Source of the DNA: Sphagnum compactum
Taxonomy: Eukaryota
Length of the DNA stretch: 64,000 nucleotides
Assembly: GCA_965153455.1 (NCBI GenBank)
Contig: OZ234494.1
Location: 806,001 to 870,000 of the forward strand
Direction: 5' to 3'
Position numbers and translations under genes: made by a program. Below, in pieces: positions 50,081 through 64,000 of this stretch. Numbering within the stretch: the stretch's first letter is position 1; every line of letters starts with the position of its first letter. The notes under the pieces are model-generated. The model was not told where the DNA came from, searched no databases, and saw nothing but the letters and a program-made list of their open reading frames with translations.

Positions 50081-51819
50081 GTTGTGCTTCGTTGGTGCTT
50101 TTCATGGCCTCTCCTTGTTATGTTTTGTTATTGTTTGTCAATGCCTCATTGCTTCAAGTACCTCTTTGATCCTTGGTGTTCGTCAGTGCTTTTATGGTTT
50201 GCTTTGTTGTTGCTTGTTGATGCCTCCTTGCTTTGTTATATTGATGCTCTTCAAGTTCCCCCTTGCATTTTTCTTTGCAAGTGTGCAAGTTTGAAATTTT
50301 AAGCTTTTTTTTTTATTGCACACTAAAAGGTTTTCTTTGATTTTTTATTTTTTTTGGAGTTTCTTTTTTTGAGATGTTGTTTTTTTCATTTTTTTCATTT
50401 TTTATTTTCCTAATTTTATTTCAAATGTTTTTTTCATTTTTTTAAATTTTAATTATTTATTTTAATTAAACATGTTTTAGGAAAAATATATAAGAATCTA
50501 ACATGTCATATATATTTTGTCATGTATAGGAGTAGGATCACATTTGCAAAAACATTAATACATTAGAACATTTTTTTTGTGCATCTTTTACCTCAACAAT
50601 CTTTTAATAATCTTGTAAATGCTTGTAATTACTTGAACTACTTGTAATTGCTTCTATTCTTTGTTTGATGTTCTTTGGGTAAAATATTTAACTAAAACCA
50701 AGATCCATGACTGTGGTAAAATTTATACTTATTTCTAATTTCTCCCCCAACCTATTTAACATCTTTTAAGAAATGGAATCAAATCAATGAAAATGTGATA
50801 ATAATTGATGGTGAAAATGAAGGTATAAATAAATGTAATATGGAAAATGAAAATTTTAATGTCAGTTTTTAAATAGAGCAAAGTATAGCAAAACAAACTA
50901 ATGTAGATAAACCATTCCTAATGAAAGGAATGAAATGGAAAAAAACCTTCAAACATTGCATATCAAAGAAAAATATGGAGAGGTCATAATAAGAATGCAA
51001 TTTGTTGACAATTTGTTTTTATTGTGTAAATGATGACAAAAAAGTTGATCTTGAAATCTTCAAAGCATGATATATTTCTTATGGGCCTTTTGTAGACATT
51101 TCAAATGACTTTTTCATAGAAAGGAATTTTTGAAAGAATTTTTTTGCAACGTGTTTTGAAAAATATGTACAATGCCCCCAATAAATTACATTATTTGTGT
51201 GAAATCTTTTTGAAAATTGTTTAAAATGTATAGATACTGCCAAATTCTAAGTTTAAAAAAAAAAGATCAGAATTTCAAATCATGTTAAAATATGATAACT
51301 ATTTTAACCTTTAGTTTTTTGTAACATAAACCACAATTTTGTTCATATGTCATACACATTATGACCTATTTACATTTGGCAAGTGATTTTTGAAATTTGA
51401 ATATTTTAAAATTGTGTTTTGAAATTCTAAAAGTTTTAAGTACCACAATTTAAAAAATTATGAGTGGTTTTCATATGTGGATGGTAGGTTATTATCATTT
51501 CAATTTTTTTCCCATCAAATTTTTTATATTAAAAGAGTCCTGAGCCTAATGCTTTATAAAATTGATTTTTTGGTGTTAGTGTTCAAAAAACCTTTATTAA
51601 AACCAAAAGTCAATTTATTAAATTAAATGATTAAAAAAAATTCTTCAACACTCATATAAATCATTTAACACAAATTTCCTTGATCAACATGAAATTAAAG
51701 TGGCATTATGTAAATATGTTTGACAAAATTGATAGTTTTTCAATTGTTCAACATGGTTTTTTGTTTGTTTGATCGTGATCGCACCCTTTTCAAGGTTTGA
51801 TTAAGAACCTAAAGAAATG

Positions 51820-53410
51820 ACTATTGGGCTACTTGAAGCAAAATAAACTATTGGTCAAACTTTGGTCATGAATCTAACAAAATTGTTTGATCAATATGGA
51901 TTCAGAAAAAAACTATTGCATATGTGAAAGATGAAGGGTCAAATTTAACTACGTTCATTGCCTTGAAATCAATTATCAAATGTCAAGTTTAGGTTTAGAT
52001 TGAAGTTTCCAAGGCATTTGTTTTGGCCACATTTTTTTAAAGGCATGTCAATATGTTACAATTGATGAAAAGGCTTGCAAAAACCTTTGGTTAATTTTTT
52101 ATCAAATTTGCCCAATCAAATTTACAGAAATGGCCTAAAAAGTTGGGGAAAGGTAGACATGAATGGAACAAGGCATGTTTAATTCCAACATTCACCTTAG
52201 AAAATTGAATACTCCATTGAAGACAAGGTGAATTTTTTATCTTTTATAAATTACTTTTCTTCCTTTTTTTTAATTTATTTTCTTAGTCAATTATATTGCT
52301 TTGATACATATTTGACATTTGTTTAATTGTTGTAGGTTTGTTAATAAAATCATTATGTTCCAAGAAGCCTTGTAATTCAAAGATGTTATTATCCTTTCTT
52401 ACAATAGGTAGAATATTGTTATAATTAGTGGCAAGGTGCCCCTTCTTTTAATTTGGCACATTTCTCAAATATTGTCGATTATCTAACTTTTCTTGTTGTG
52501 AGATGATTTGTTTTAAACTAATCTAGTAGCCATTGGTTATTGTTTAATGCATTGCAATCTGCCATTACCATGTGCTTGAAATGTAAGGAAGAAGTTACAA
52601 ACCCACTTGCCCAAGTTAATTTGATTGATGATGATTTTGGAATTGCCTTTGAATTATTTTTTTTGCTACCAATATTAAGAAAGAAGTTTGTGGTGTTTTG
52701 GAATCATTCGTTTCTTTTTAAAGAAGATTTGACAAAAAAAGGTCTCATAACATGTTAAGTTTAATGTTAAACCCTAGATTAAAAGCCTTCGTTTAATATT
52801 TTTTTTATTGGTTGTGAAAAAGGGGTGAAGATTATCAAATAATATGATAGACGATCATTATATCCTACGATATTTATATGATTTTATTATTTACACTTAG
52901 TGGCAGAATTTGAAGTTGGTTTTGTAGATCAAATAGCAAATGCACATTTTAATTTTGATATTTTTGAACGAACTCCCAGCACAAGTGAGTCAATGACATA
53001 ACTTGTCACTTGGGAAATGTTGATTTTCAGACATTACCAGATGGATTCCAAGGAAATCAAATGCCCTCTTAAATGGGGGGAAAAACATGAAGTCATGTTT
53101 CCTCTTGTTGTTGTTTTGGCCCAACACTTTTTTGAAGCACCAAATCCTAGGGATTGTTTGATCACAAATTGAAATTAAAGGATTTTTTCTTCAACATGGA
53201 TACTTACAAACTTGAAATATGTTGTATATAATTAGAAAATTTAAAGAGATTGATACTTGTGAACAAAAACTAGCCAAATAATCCTAGAATTGATTGTAAA
53301 TCACCTTCCAATTTGGTAGAGCTAATTGAAAAGGATTTAGATTTTGAAGAAGAGTTTTAAAAAGTTGAAGGTTCTTTTAAACAAGATGAACTGTTGAACA
53401 TAAGCAGAAT
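51820..53410 (+). mobile_element. Decayed hAT-superfamily transposase
   Basis: Relic frames IAYVKDEGSNLTT...CFGHIFLKACQY...KLNTPLKTR and the dimerisation-domain-like IKCPLKWGEKHEVMFPLV...SQIEIKGIFS...ILTNL...LILVNKN*PNNPR, with many stops. Confidence 0.8.
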
Positions 53411-56361
53411 TTATTTAATTTTCATTTAAATGTTTTTTGGAAAAATAATACAAATTTCAAAATAATAAAACTTTTGATACCCGTTGTTTCAAAGTGCCAA
53501 TTCTCAGACAATTCATACCAAGTCAATTGTATGGGAGCATCGAGAGTATTGGTGTTCAGACACATTGAAGGGTAGGTTATGATGTGAAGCCAACCAATGA
53601 TGAGGAACTTGCAAAAGAAAGGTGTGAGGGAGGTATGAAAATGCCAAAAGGCAACAGAATATGATGTATATACGTCCTGCGCTAATGTCCAATGGTGTGC
53701 GGCCACATAAACGAGAGAGAGACGCCTCCCTCCTACAAAGGACTATGGAAATGTGCACAATACACCGTCTAGAAAATGTGGTTTCAACTAGCTATTGGGC
53801 ATGAGTAATAAGATTTTTCAAAAACAACACTTAATTGATATTGAAGTTCACATTTTTTTCCATTTCCAAGTTCATATCACCATAATTTATACAACCGAGT
53901 GGGATGGAGATTGATGGAAGTGAACAATGACAATGAACATGAATGCTGTGAAGAGAAACTCAAACATGATGAAACAAAGAAACACTCTACAATGCAAATG
54001 ATGTTCCCAGGTGAGGAGAGCTATGATTAAAAAAAACACTAACTGTGAAGAGTTCCCAAAGTTGGAGTGTTGTTATTATGTACATGAATTTTGTGATGGA
54101 ATCCAAAGTGGCCATCATCCATAAGGAAGATGTATGTATGTAGTGGAAGTGATAATCATCCATGGGGAAGATGTAATGAAAGTGCAAATCATCATCCGTT
54201 GGAAGATTTAGCCAAATCTAGGTACGAGTATCATCCTTTCTGTATTTTTGGCTACTTAATTACTGAAGCCAAATATACAAACCTGACCAGTTTTGTTTCT
54301 ACTTCTGGCAACTGAAACTCTAAAAAATCGCTTTCATCATCAAAAAAGAATTGGTACCTACTGTGTTTTACCTTTTCAGGTGCAGCAATAATTAAATTAT
54401 TTATGAAAATGCTGAATTTAAAATAATAATAATAATAATCTAAGTGTTCAAATAGTGAAATTTAAGTGAATTAAAATGGAGGAGGAAATACAAAAAAATT
54501 GGTGGAAGAAACCTAGGGTTTTTTTTTTTCTATAAATTGCCAAAATTCCATAAATGTTTTTTTTAAAAAACTGCCAAAGTGGATTTACAAAAATAATATA
54601 ATTATTATTTGGCACCGAAAGTGCCAAACCTGAAAAGGTGTTACAGTATTCAATTTCCCTTTTTGGCAGGGAATTTGCCAATAAAAACAAAAGGCTTAGC
54701 AAACACTCAATGCTTTGTAAGTGTACATGTAAAGAAAATTGTGTTGGAAAGAGAGAAGCTTATTTATCACTTTTTGCAGTTACAAAAGCACTTGGGGGAA
54801 GGGAGGGGGGCAGTAGTCTCTTTGTTTTTTTCCCTCTGGCATTCAAGCATTTGGTTGTGTGCTTTTCTCCCTTTCCACCAACTTAACTGACACAAAGAAA
54901 GAAACATTTTCCTCCCTCTCTCTCTCTCTCATGGGCCAGAGTGAACCAACCCTGAGCACATCACAAGGGATGGATGATGAATGGTGGGTGGACAGGAAAC
55001 AACACTAGTTCTATAGCTAACCACAGTGAATTAATTACCTTGGTTAGTGCTTCTAGTATGTACTGGATGAAAACCTGCCCTAGCCCTTTACATATGTAGT
55101 AACAATCCACATGCATTTTTACATAAGTGTTAAGTGGGTACCAAGCTCAAACCTTGGTAAAAGCAGTTAGATGTATGTATGTAGATGGTTAGTACATAAC
55201 TGACCACCATACTTAGAAGCTGTGGGACAAGAATACAATGGAAATGTGTTCCCTGTCCGCACTCCACACACCATCCATCCATCTTGCATGGTGTGTGATG
55301 CTGGGTGCTGCTGATTCTCACTCTGGCTTGTCTCTCATGCACTAAACAAGGCTAAGAGTAGGTCCACCAGCCAAAGTAAAATGGCATGTGCAGTTTGCTT
55401 TGGACAAGTACTGCCTTCTTCATGTGGAGTGAAAATGGGTTTTCCACTGTACATTGCCAGAAGATAGATACAGTGGACTCCACAAGGCTCGGTATGGCCT
55501 TTGATTGCCCTCGCCATTCTTGACTGTCAGGAGCATCTCACTAATGTGGCAGCAACTAACTCATTGGACAAGAGTTACTTAATCATCCTCTCTTTCATCC
55601 CCTATCCCCTCTCTGCTTTCACCCCCCTATCCCCTCTTTCAGTGGTATTCGCAAAGTAAGGAAATTTTATTAAATCTCAGTATGAAACGCTGAAACTCAG
55701 CATTTTATGCGCAAGGTTAGGTTCGAGAGTAATTATAGTAATCCTATAGGTAGGAGTAGTCAAAATATGTGTAGTAGCTAGCAGCGGAGGCGCTCAGGAA
55801 AAAGGAAAGAGGGGGATGAAACTCAGTTTACCATCAAAATTGGTGGAAAAACTAGTTTTTTGGGGTCCCAGTTATTTCGTTTTGTAAAATTTCATTCCCA
55901 GCTATACATTTGATGCCCTACTATAATGCTGAAACTGACCATTCTCGCCCCCTAATCGCCTGACTTTACGCACAACTTTAATATGTACTTCCCGGGGGGG
56001 GGGGCAGGCTGATGGGTGGGCACTGGATTGTACTGGACTGGACTGGACTGGGGTGGGGTTGGTTCAGAATGAAGCTACTACTATTTGTTGCAGACAATTG
56101 ATAATGAATGATATGCCTTTTGCAACTGGTTTCATTGGGCTTTGTTTTAAAGGTATGGATACAACAGGGCAAAGTCAATTAATTGATAATCATACCTCTT
56201 TTTTCCACAGACAAAGCAAGCTTCCTTTTTATCACTCACTTTTGACAGTTGTTGTTGATTAGGTCATAAACCCTAAACCTGTCATTCTTTGTAGGCTCTC
56301 TCTGGTTGTTAAAGGAGAGACTATGGAATGATGTAGTTTTTTCTTTTTTTTCTTCGTTCAG

Positions 56362-56762
56362 TTGCATGTAAAAAATGTTATGGTTGCATGTAAGAAATAA
56401 AAATTTCTTAACACATTTTGAGATTTAATTGTTTTTTTTAAAAAATTCTTTGTTTGGTCACATGTAAAAAATGTTATGATTTCATGTAAGAAATAAATTT
56501 ATTAACACATTTTGAGATTTTAATTTTTTTTTCATTTGGTCGCATGTAAAAAATTGTTGAAGTTGCATGTAAGAAATAAAATTTATTACCACATTTTGAG
56601 ATTTTTTTTCTGGTTTGGTCACATGTAAAAAATGTTATGATTTCATGTAAGAAATAAATTTATTAACACATTTTGAGATTTATTTATTTATTTTTCGTTT
56701 GGTCGCGTATAAAAAAATGTTATGGTGGCATGTAAGAAATAAAATTTATTAACACATTTTGA
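56362..56762. repeat. AT-rich minisatellite, ~80-90 bp unit, 5 copies
   Basis: TTGGTCACATGTAAAAAATGTTATGATTTCATGTAAGAAATAAATTTATTAACACATTTTGAGATTT repeats five times. Confidence 0.92.
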
Positions 56763-59599
56763 AGTATATTGGCAGATCATAATTATTTTTTTAAATGGTC
56801 TGAATTGCTAGAGTCCAATTTTGTAAAAGGGTGAATTTGAGAAGACCCCATCAATGGCTCAGATTGTCAGCGGTAAGATCGGACAGTCAAAATTAATCCA
56901 CTCCAACTGGGTTATGTACTGGAATGGCGCAAGGTCAGGCGCATTCCGAGAGTAAGTCAAGAGTTGAGCCCTGATACATAAGTTCCTTCAGAAATTCTGC
57001 TTATGCCATGAGTAAATAATTAACACTAGAGAAAGTCGAGTTTCATAGCTTTAGGGTTTAGGGTTTTTTCTTTTTTTTTTTCTTTCTGGTTTTAGCCTAG
57101 GACCTAAGTTTTGAAAATTTCTTAAAATTTCTTACTTTTTTGTTCCACCCAAATAATTGAAGGTGCATGTTATTTGTAATTTAGTTTTTTTTGCACCACA
57201 CATGGAATCAATTTTCAAAAAAATCATTTAAAAAAAAGGATCTGGATGTTATCAATTTTTGTGTCAAAGTAATAACCTTGGGTATCAAATTTTTTCAATG
57301 ATACCCATTTGTTACGCAACATAAGGATTCTTTATCAAATACACACTTTGAGAATTGCTTGGTTTATTGCCCATGTAGGTTTTAAGGTTTAGGATTTTTT
57401 TTTGGGCACATGAGCACGGGTACTTTCTTCTTTGGATTCTTTTGGCCACAATGTGTATATCTTGATTCAATGTGCTCACATTTCTCACTACCTTAGGTTG
57501 GGCATATAAGAAAATTTGAACCATTAACTATATTAACATAGATGTTTGCTTGTTTGGATCTAACCATATTGTAACCCTCCCAAATTGTGAGGCCCTTTCA
57601 CTTTTGGTAACATTGAAAAATCCCTCGACAAGATGATGTGCATGGTTGTCATTTCATAATTTTCAGACCAATGGAGCACAAGTTACTGAATTTAGAGTGA
57701 TTTTTGTCTTTAGAAATTAACTTTTAAGAAAATTTAATGGTCCTAGGGTTTATCGTTGAAGTGGGTTTAATTTCATAAACCCACTTCAACCGAAATAGGT
57801 TTGGGATGGGTGATCTTACATGAGGGTTAATGTACTTTGCCCACAATGGGCGGACCACTAGAATAAAATCAAAACTCAATTTGGGTTCTTACTAACCAGC
57901 CTAGTTCCATATAACACAGTTGAAATTTTACTTTGGTTTGATCTTATTCAATTGATTTCCAGCTACCATAAATGATGGTCATTATTCTCTGTTATAAAGC
58001 CTTTTCTCATTTATAATGGTAACATGCAACTAGATTCATAGTTTGTTCTTGAGTGTGGAAATATCAAATAACCTTTCTTTATTATATACATGACCTATTG
58101 TGACATGTTTCAAGGTGCATAAGAAAGTTTGAGGTGTTCTCTAGGGAGGTTCAAAATTGTTACCTCTCCATAGTTAGGTTGTGTAAACCAACCTCCCAAC
58201 AAGGAAAATAATAACTTGGTTTGCTAGTAATGTGATTATTTTGTGTGGTCCCCTAAAGGTTATTGTTGCTTTACAAATTCATAGCCAATCTCATTTTAGG
58301 TCACTTAATCTTACTTATCACCACTTGATGACAAACCTTACGATACTTCCTAATCCTATTTTCAAAATTAGGCTCCAAGTGGTACTACCCATTGCGTCAT
58401 GTTCCTAAGACCAAACAAACACTAGTCTAGATGTTACTGAGATGAAATACTATTGTGGTGCCCAACAAACACTAGTTCTTGGCCTAAAGGGCCCTTTCAT
58501 TGTCCAAAGCAAATCTCCACCTGGAAAGAGTACGTTGGCCTACCTTCTCTTTTGTTGTCTTGCACGATGTCCCAATTAAATGAGACACTTGTGAATATAG
58601 CCCAAATTTGACAAGGAAAAAAGGCCATAGCTTATTATCTTTCAAATACATGTGGTAAGTTGGTCTATTATCCAAGCTTTATAAGCCTAGCTAGAGGGTT
58701 GAATTGACCTCATCCTAAGTTTTGGGTGTCGAAAAATTCAAAAAATTATAATGGTCAATAAGGCTTTTTGAAGTGAAAAAGAGCTTCCCAAAAAGGCCGA
58801 ATTGAAAAAGAGTCAAATTTGCAATTTCACATCCCAACCAAGTGTTGGACAAGTATCACAAATAAACGTTGGTTCTCCCAATGAGATTGATGTTAACTGG
58901 TGGTTCTCACTTAAATGAGAACCACTTTGAAGAGAACTACCTAGGGTGTCATTTGGCGCCAATGTTGTGTGAGTACCTAGATTCAAGTGTTAGAATTGAT
59001 GGTTTTGGATCCAATGTCAAGAAACTTGTTTATTTTTGGTGGAAGAAGCCCTTGAATATCTTTTCGAGTTTTAATGTTTTAGATGGGTTTAAGGTTTCTT
59101 CCACTGTTTTCTTCTTGAAAGTTTTGTGGTAGTTTTTTGCTTTGTGACAATGCAACAACTCTTTGCTTGGTTTGTGTTGCTTTTTGTGAAGTGTTTTTTG
59201 TAAATTTTGGTGGTTTGTTGCAACTCTTTGCTTTGTGACAATGTGACAATTCTTTGCTTTGCAATAGTGCGACAATTCTATGTTTAGTTTGCATTGCTTT
59301 TTATTTGGTTCTCTTCACAAATTTTGATGGTTTATTGCAGTGTTTTTGCTTTGTGTGGTGTGTGGTTTGTTTAAGTGTTTTCACTTTGCATGGTGTGCAT
59401 TTTTGCTACAACATCTTTGCTTTGTGTAATGTGCATTTTGCTTTCGATTTTTGGTGGTTTGTTGCATAGAAATAAAGTTCTCACCTTACACAAGGAGTTA
59501 CAAAGAACAAATGATTGTGCAACTTTTTTGTTTTGTGTTTGTGATTTCTAGTAATCTATGCAACTCTTTGCTTGGTGTGTGTTGTTATTTGCTTAGTGC

Positions 59600-61700
59600 T
59601 TTCACTATGAGAACATGGGGTGATTTGCAACTAACTTTGCAACTAAGTTTTTTATTTACAATGATCATTTGCAATTCATTTGCAACTTAGTGTATTTTTA
59701 TGAGCGTGAGTGTTATTAAACAAGTTCCATGAGTTGCTATACAGATTCACACAATACATGTAATTCATCATATGTGAAATTATATACATATGCAACTCAT
59801 GTAACTCAGTTACAACTATGTAGAAACAACTATTGTGTAATTAATGCAATTAATTTACAATTACCATGGTAACGTCATGGTGACATTACTTTTCATTGAT
59901 CCATCAAAATCTAACACATGGCATTATGGAGGTTTTTGGATGAATTTTTTTTGAAATATTGATCTCCACCATCCATTATCATTGTTCATTTATAATGGTC
60001 TTAGATTCCACCACATGGCACCATCAAAAGTTGCCACATGGCATATTAATTGAATTTTGAAAATAATAATATATAAATGTTTATAGTAGCTTGGTAGGTC
60101 AATACATAGGTGCAAGTAGGTAGGTTGGTAGGTAAATTAGGCAAATAGGACATACTTACATACCTAAGCTACATACTTACTTACCTACCTACGTAGGAAG
60201 GTAAAAAAGTAAGACCAACTACTTATTTACCTAAATAAGCAAGTAGGTGGGAAAATAAAAAGGAATTGAACAATAAAATAACCTTTTAAAGTTCATTTTA
60301 TTTTTTTGGAACTTTTATCTTTTAAATTAAGTTTTTTTGAGCTTGTGCTAAATTGGCACATGTATTTTTAATGTGAACACACAAGAGAATACATCTTTAA
60401 ATATAGTTTGTGAGATGAGATTTAAGAACAAAACATATGAGTTAAATCTTTTAATTGTACATTAGTTACATTTTAGTTGCAAATTGAGTTGCAACTAGAA
60501 AATTAAATTCCCACGTTCTTTGTGTTTTTTTTTAAATTTTTGTAAATTGTGCAACTAAATAAGTAATTGTTTGATATTTATATATGCAAATTCATTATCA
60601 GTAATCAATTATCTGAAATAATATTTAGAATTATTTTTAATTATTTTTTAAATTCAAATAATTAATTATTTAGTTATCAGATAATTAATGATCTGAATTT
60701 AAATAAAATTCAGGTAATTAATCATTTGGATTCCCAAAATTACTTATTTGTATTATTTAATAGTTCATTATTTGAAACAATTATTTGCACTAGTTATCTG
60801 AATTTCTTATTTTAATTCAGAAAATTAGCTAATTAGTGAATTTAAATATTAATTTTTAGATATTTAACTCAGATAATTAATTTTTTGACTTCAAATGCTT
60901 TATAATTAGATAATTTATTATCAAAATTCTGATAATTACTCATTTGTTATCTGAATTAAAATAGTTAATTATCTAAATTAACTAATAATCTCATTATTTA
61001 AATTAGACTGATTACTCCATATTAATAAATTGATGAATTATTAAAATTTAAAGATTAAATATGAATTAGGTAGAAAACATAGTTATCAAATAATTTATAT
61101 GAATTTTGAATTGATGATGAATTATTTGAACATAATATTTTTGTGAATCAATTTATTTAAAAGATTAGTTAAGCACTTAATTATTTATAAATTAATTATT
61201 TGAGTCAATTAACAAACTAAATGATTGAATTAGGTTGATTAGTTTAAATCAATTGTTGGAAAATGAATTCATTATTGAATATTAAGGATCAAGTATGATT
61301 TTAAAGATTATTAAATTATTAAACATCTGAATAATAGTCACAAAATAGTGAAAAAATAATATTTCTATAATGGCAACATAGTGGTAATATAGTAGCACAA
61401 TTAGTTGTATCAATGGGAATCATAGTTGACAAATAATTACAAGTACGATATTTAATAAGTAGTGGAAATGTGTACATGTGGCATGATTGGATGTGCCAAT
61501 ATTGTACATTAGTTGCAACATATATAGTTGTTGATTGAATGTTACATTTTCACTAGTTGTAATGTAGTTGCCACATGCAATTAAAGTGCAACTTACCAAA
61601 AAGTCAAACATGATTGATTACATCTGTATGTATGATGTGCACATAACACTATTTACAACTAAATTCCAACTATAGTACAACTCTTTGATTTTCTGACTTG
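59600..61700. mobile_element. AT-rich non-autonomous element with TGCAACT/AGTTGCA-rich inverted ends and an internal low-complexity ATAATTAATTATCTGAA array
   Basis: TGCAACT clusters at 59620-59830 are mirrored by AGTTGCA/AGTTGT clusters at 61400-61600. It contains the repeat shared with 2495-2790. Boundaries are approximate. Confidence 0.45.
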
Positions 61701-62479
61701 GCATTTTATTTATTAATTACCCATATTTCCATGCTCTAGTTGTATATGATAAATTGTTTTGGAATTCTAGTTATAGGTAGTGTGGTTTTGGTGGACAACA
61801 TTCTCATAGTGTCTTTGTGATTTTTACTTGTTTGTTATAACATTATCATTTTACATGGTGTGTGGTTTGTTGTAGTGTTTTGTTTTGTGTGGTGTACATT
61901 TTGCTCTCAATTTTTGGTGGTTTACTATATCAAGATAAAGTTTTCACCTTTCACAAAGAGTTGCAAGGAACAAATGTGTGTGTGCATGCAATTGTTTCAT
62001 TTTTGGTGGATTCCTTAAGTTACAAGATCCATTTTTGTACCCAATTTTGAGGTGGTTTAAAAGCTCTCTAAGCTTTTGGTATCACTATGTTTGTGTAAGT
62101 GTTTCATTTTTGTTGTAACTTTGTGCAAACCTTTCGAAAAAAACCACCTCAGAATTGGAACCACATAAAATTGGATCTCAATGTTCAAAACATATTGAAT
62201 AGAATTACATTATAAAAAAACCACCTCAAAATTGAACCATGTATATTTGACATTTGCAAACATTTGTAACATAATTATATAAAATGGAATGACACCAAAA
62301 GCTTAGAGAAAGGTTTTTGAACCACCTTAAAATAAAATATGGTAATGAACCTAATAACAAAGTTACAATCTATGAAATTCTATATGGTTATATTACAATT
62401 ATTTGCAAGTTTGAGGTGGTTTTAGTAGTTCACTAGGTTTTTTGTTTCCATGTCTTTTATGCATGTAACTAAAAGGATG

Positions 62480-63560
62480 GCACTGATAAGTAAAACACTT
62501 GAAATGTTTCATGAACATGATGAATTTATGTCATCAACTAATGCTTCAATTAGATGCTTCAATCGGATGTTTGTATCATTGTAGGGTTACGGGCGAAAAG
62601 GCTCAAAACTCCAATGAAGATGTGATTTGCCCCAAGAATTTTCTTATTTCAAGAAACTCTTGAATACCAAAATGAAATTTCCATATGTTATGTATGGCAA
62701 CAAGTTTTACACTTGTTTTCTAAAGTGCTAATGGGTGAAACTTGGGTGGTGGCTCAAGTAATTGCCAATAAACAGCTTCTTATTGTTAAATAATGTGTTT
62801 AAAACCAAACTTGAATGGTTATTTTTAAATGCTCTTTCTTTTGTTTTCACTTTGTGCATTGCTATGAAAGTTGGTGTGACCAACATTGAAGCTTTGAATC
62901 AACCACTAGAATTTGTGATGATTTTGATTCAAAATTACAAGAATTTAAGCAAAGATGATGGTGCAAGTTGTGAGGATATTGATGCCATCTTTGGTTCTTT
63001 TAATGGTTTATAATCATTTTAACTCACAACATGTTGGTAATCATGTTTGACCCTTTTTACAAAAACATGAAATGTGTTCAAAACTTTGTGGGCAATTCAA
63101 TTGTTGCGGAAATTACTGTAGAATATGATGTGTCCTCTTTTATTGTTGGTGTACAATCATTTAAATCTTGCTAAGGAACATAACACCAATTACAATTGAA
63201 GATGATGATATTTTCTTTGGGCAAGTTGTGTTTGTTGGTGATGTAATCATTTCAACTTTGAAAAATGAACTACAATTATTTCAATGGTTACATGTGTCAT
63301 CAGTAGATCATGAAAACCCCTTGGTTTGGTTGGCACATGTGGTGTAGTTTTTGCATGTTTATTTCTTGGCTCATTAGTTCTTAACATTGTGGGGTCACAA
63401 ATTGAGATAGATTGGATATTTAATGTTGTTGGTGTCATCACAAACCTTTGGGGATTGAAAATTTGGATTGCTTCATTTTGGTGATGAAAAATTAACCTAA
63501 TGACTTTCATGTTGGTTGTGATGGGGCCCAAAAAGCTTATGAGTGTGATTGATTTTATTA
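62480..63560 (+). mobile_element. Second decayed hAT-superfamily transposase (C-terminal part)
   Basis: FDPFYKNMKCVQNFVGNS...EDDDIFFGQVV...LKNELQLF...ENPLVWL...GSQIEIDWIFNVVGVITNL...N*PND resembles the hAT dimerisation region. Confidence 0.75.
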
Positions 63561-64000
63561 CCTCAGAATTTATTATGACTGAAAATAAATTCATTGAAAA
63601 TTGAGGTTTTTTGAAAAAAGATTTAGATTTAGATTTCTAATTTTCTATAAGTGGGCATAAGCATGTTAAAGTAAGCCAAAAAATAAACCTTTAAATGCAA
63701 GAAAACATAATTGTCAATTTTGGAATTTTAAAAGTAGGACACATTATTTGAAAATTAAGACTTAAATTACATGAGCATATGTGGTATGATATGATTTTAA
63801 AAAAAAGCTTAAGATGTTTACCTTTTTTTCTAACCTATTTCATTCACTTTCTTGGTTTGGTGTTAATGTCCCATTTTACACAAAATAAACATGAAGTATA
63901 ATCATGACCTTTCATTTTTTAAATTCATTCTTATGGTTCATTCAAACAATGTTTAAAACATGTTTTACCATGTTACAAACACAAAATGCATTTTTAATTC

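Noticed and set aside
49733-50302. Cys/Leu/Val-rich ORFs of 83-147 aa
   Set aside because: They are translations of a GT-rich tandem array, not a protein family.
53706-53727. miR535-like sequence AACGAGAGAGAGACGC
   Set aside because: The first four positions mismatch, one base is missing, and I saw no fold-back partner. It is probably a chance GA-repeat match.
57300-58720. Possible retroelement relic
   Set aside because: I could read no RT, integrase, LTR or PBS motif with confidence.

Overview
Eukaryotic nuclear DNA from a plant, probably a bryophyte (moss-like; inferred from gene content, intron style and AT-rich decayed DNA transposons). I assembled five intact spliced genes by hand: URB2/Npa2 (9683-19056, -, 12 exons, ~2233 aa); head-to-head with it, a mitochondrial ribosomal protein L28-family gene (19296-20257, +); a 340-aa protein joining plant eIF4B-type motifs to two CCHC zinc knuckles and a Gly-rich tail (30675-33793, +); LSM2 (36818-37778, -); and a 392-aa UVR + HEAT-like + TPR protein (40076-44639, +, 15 exons). 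Between the genes lie a decayed two-gene PIF/Harbinger element carrying a nested TIR element, a non-autonomous Helitron, two hAT transposase relics, MITEs, an orphan SET-family terminal exon beside a 77-bp minisatellite, and several local duplications. The most interesting points are the eIF4B/zinc-knuckle architecture, a ~320-bp exon-like element found downstream of two unrelated genes, four GC-AG introns among 32, and a duplicated splice acceptor in LSM2. I found no tRNA, rRNA or CRISPR array. Exon coordinates come from manual reading, with no alignment or database search.
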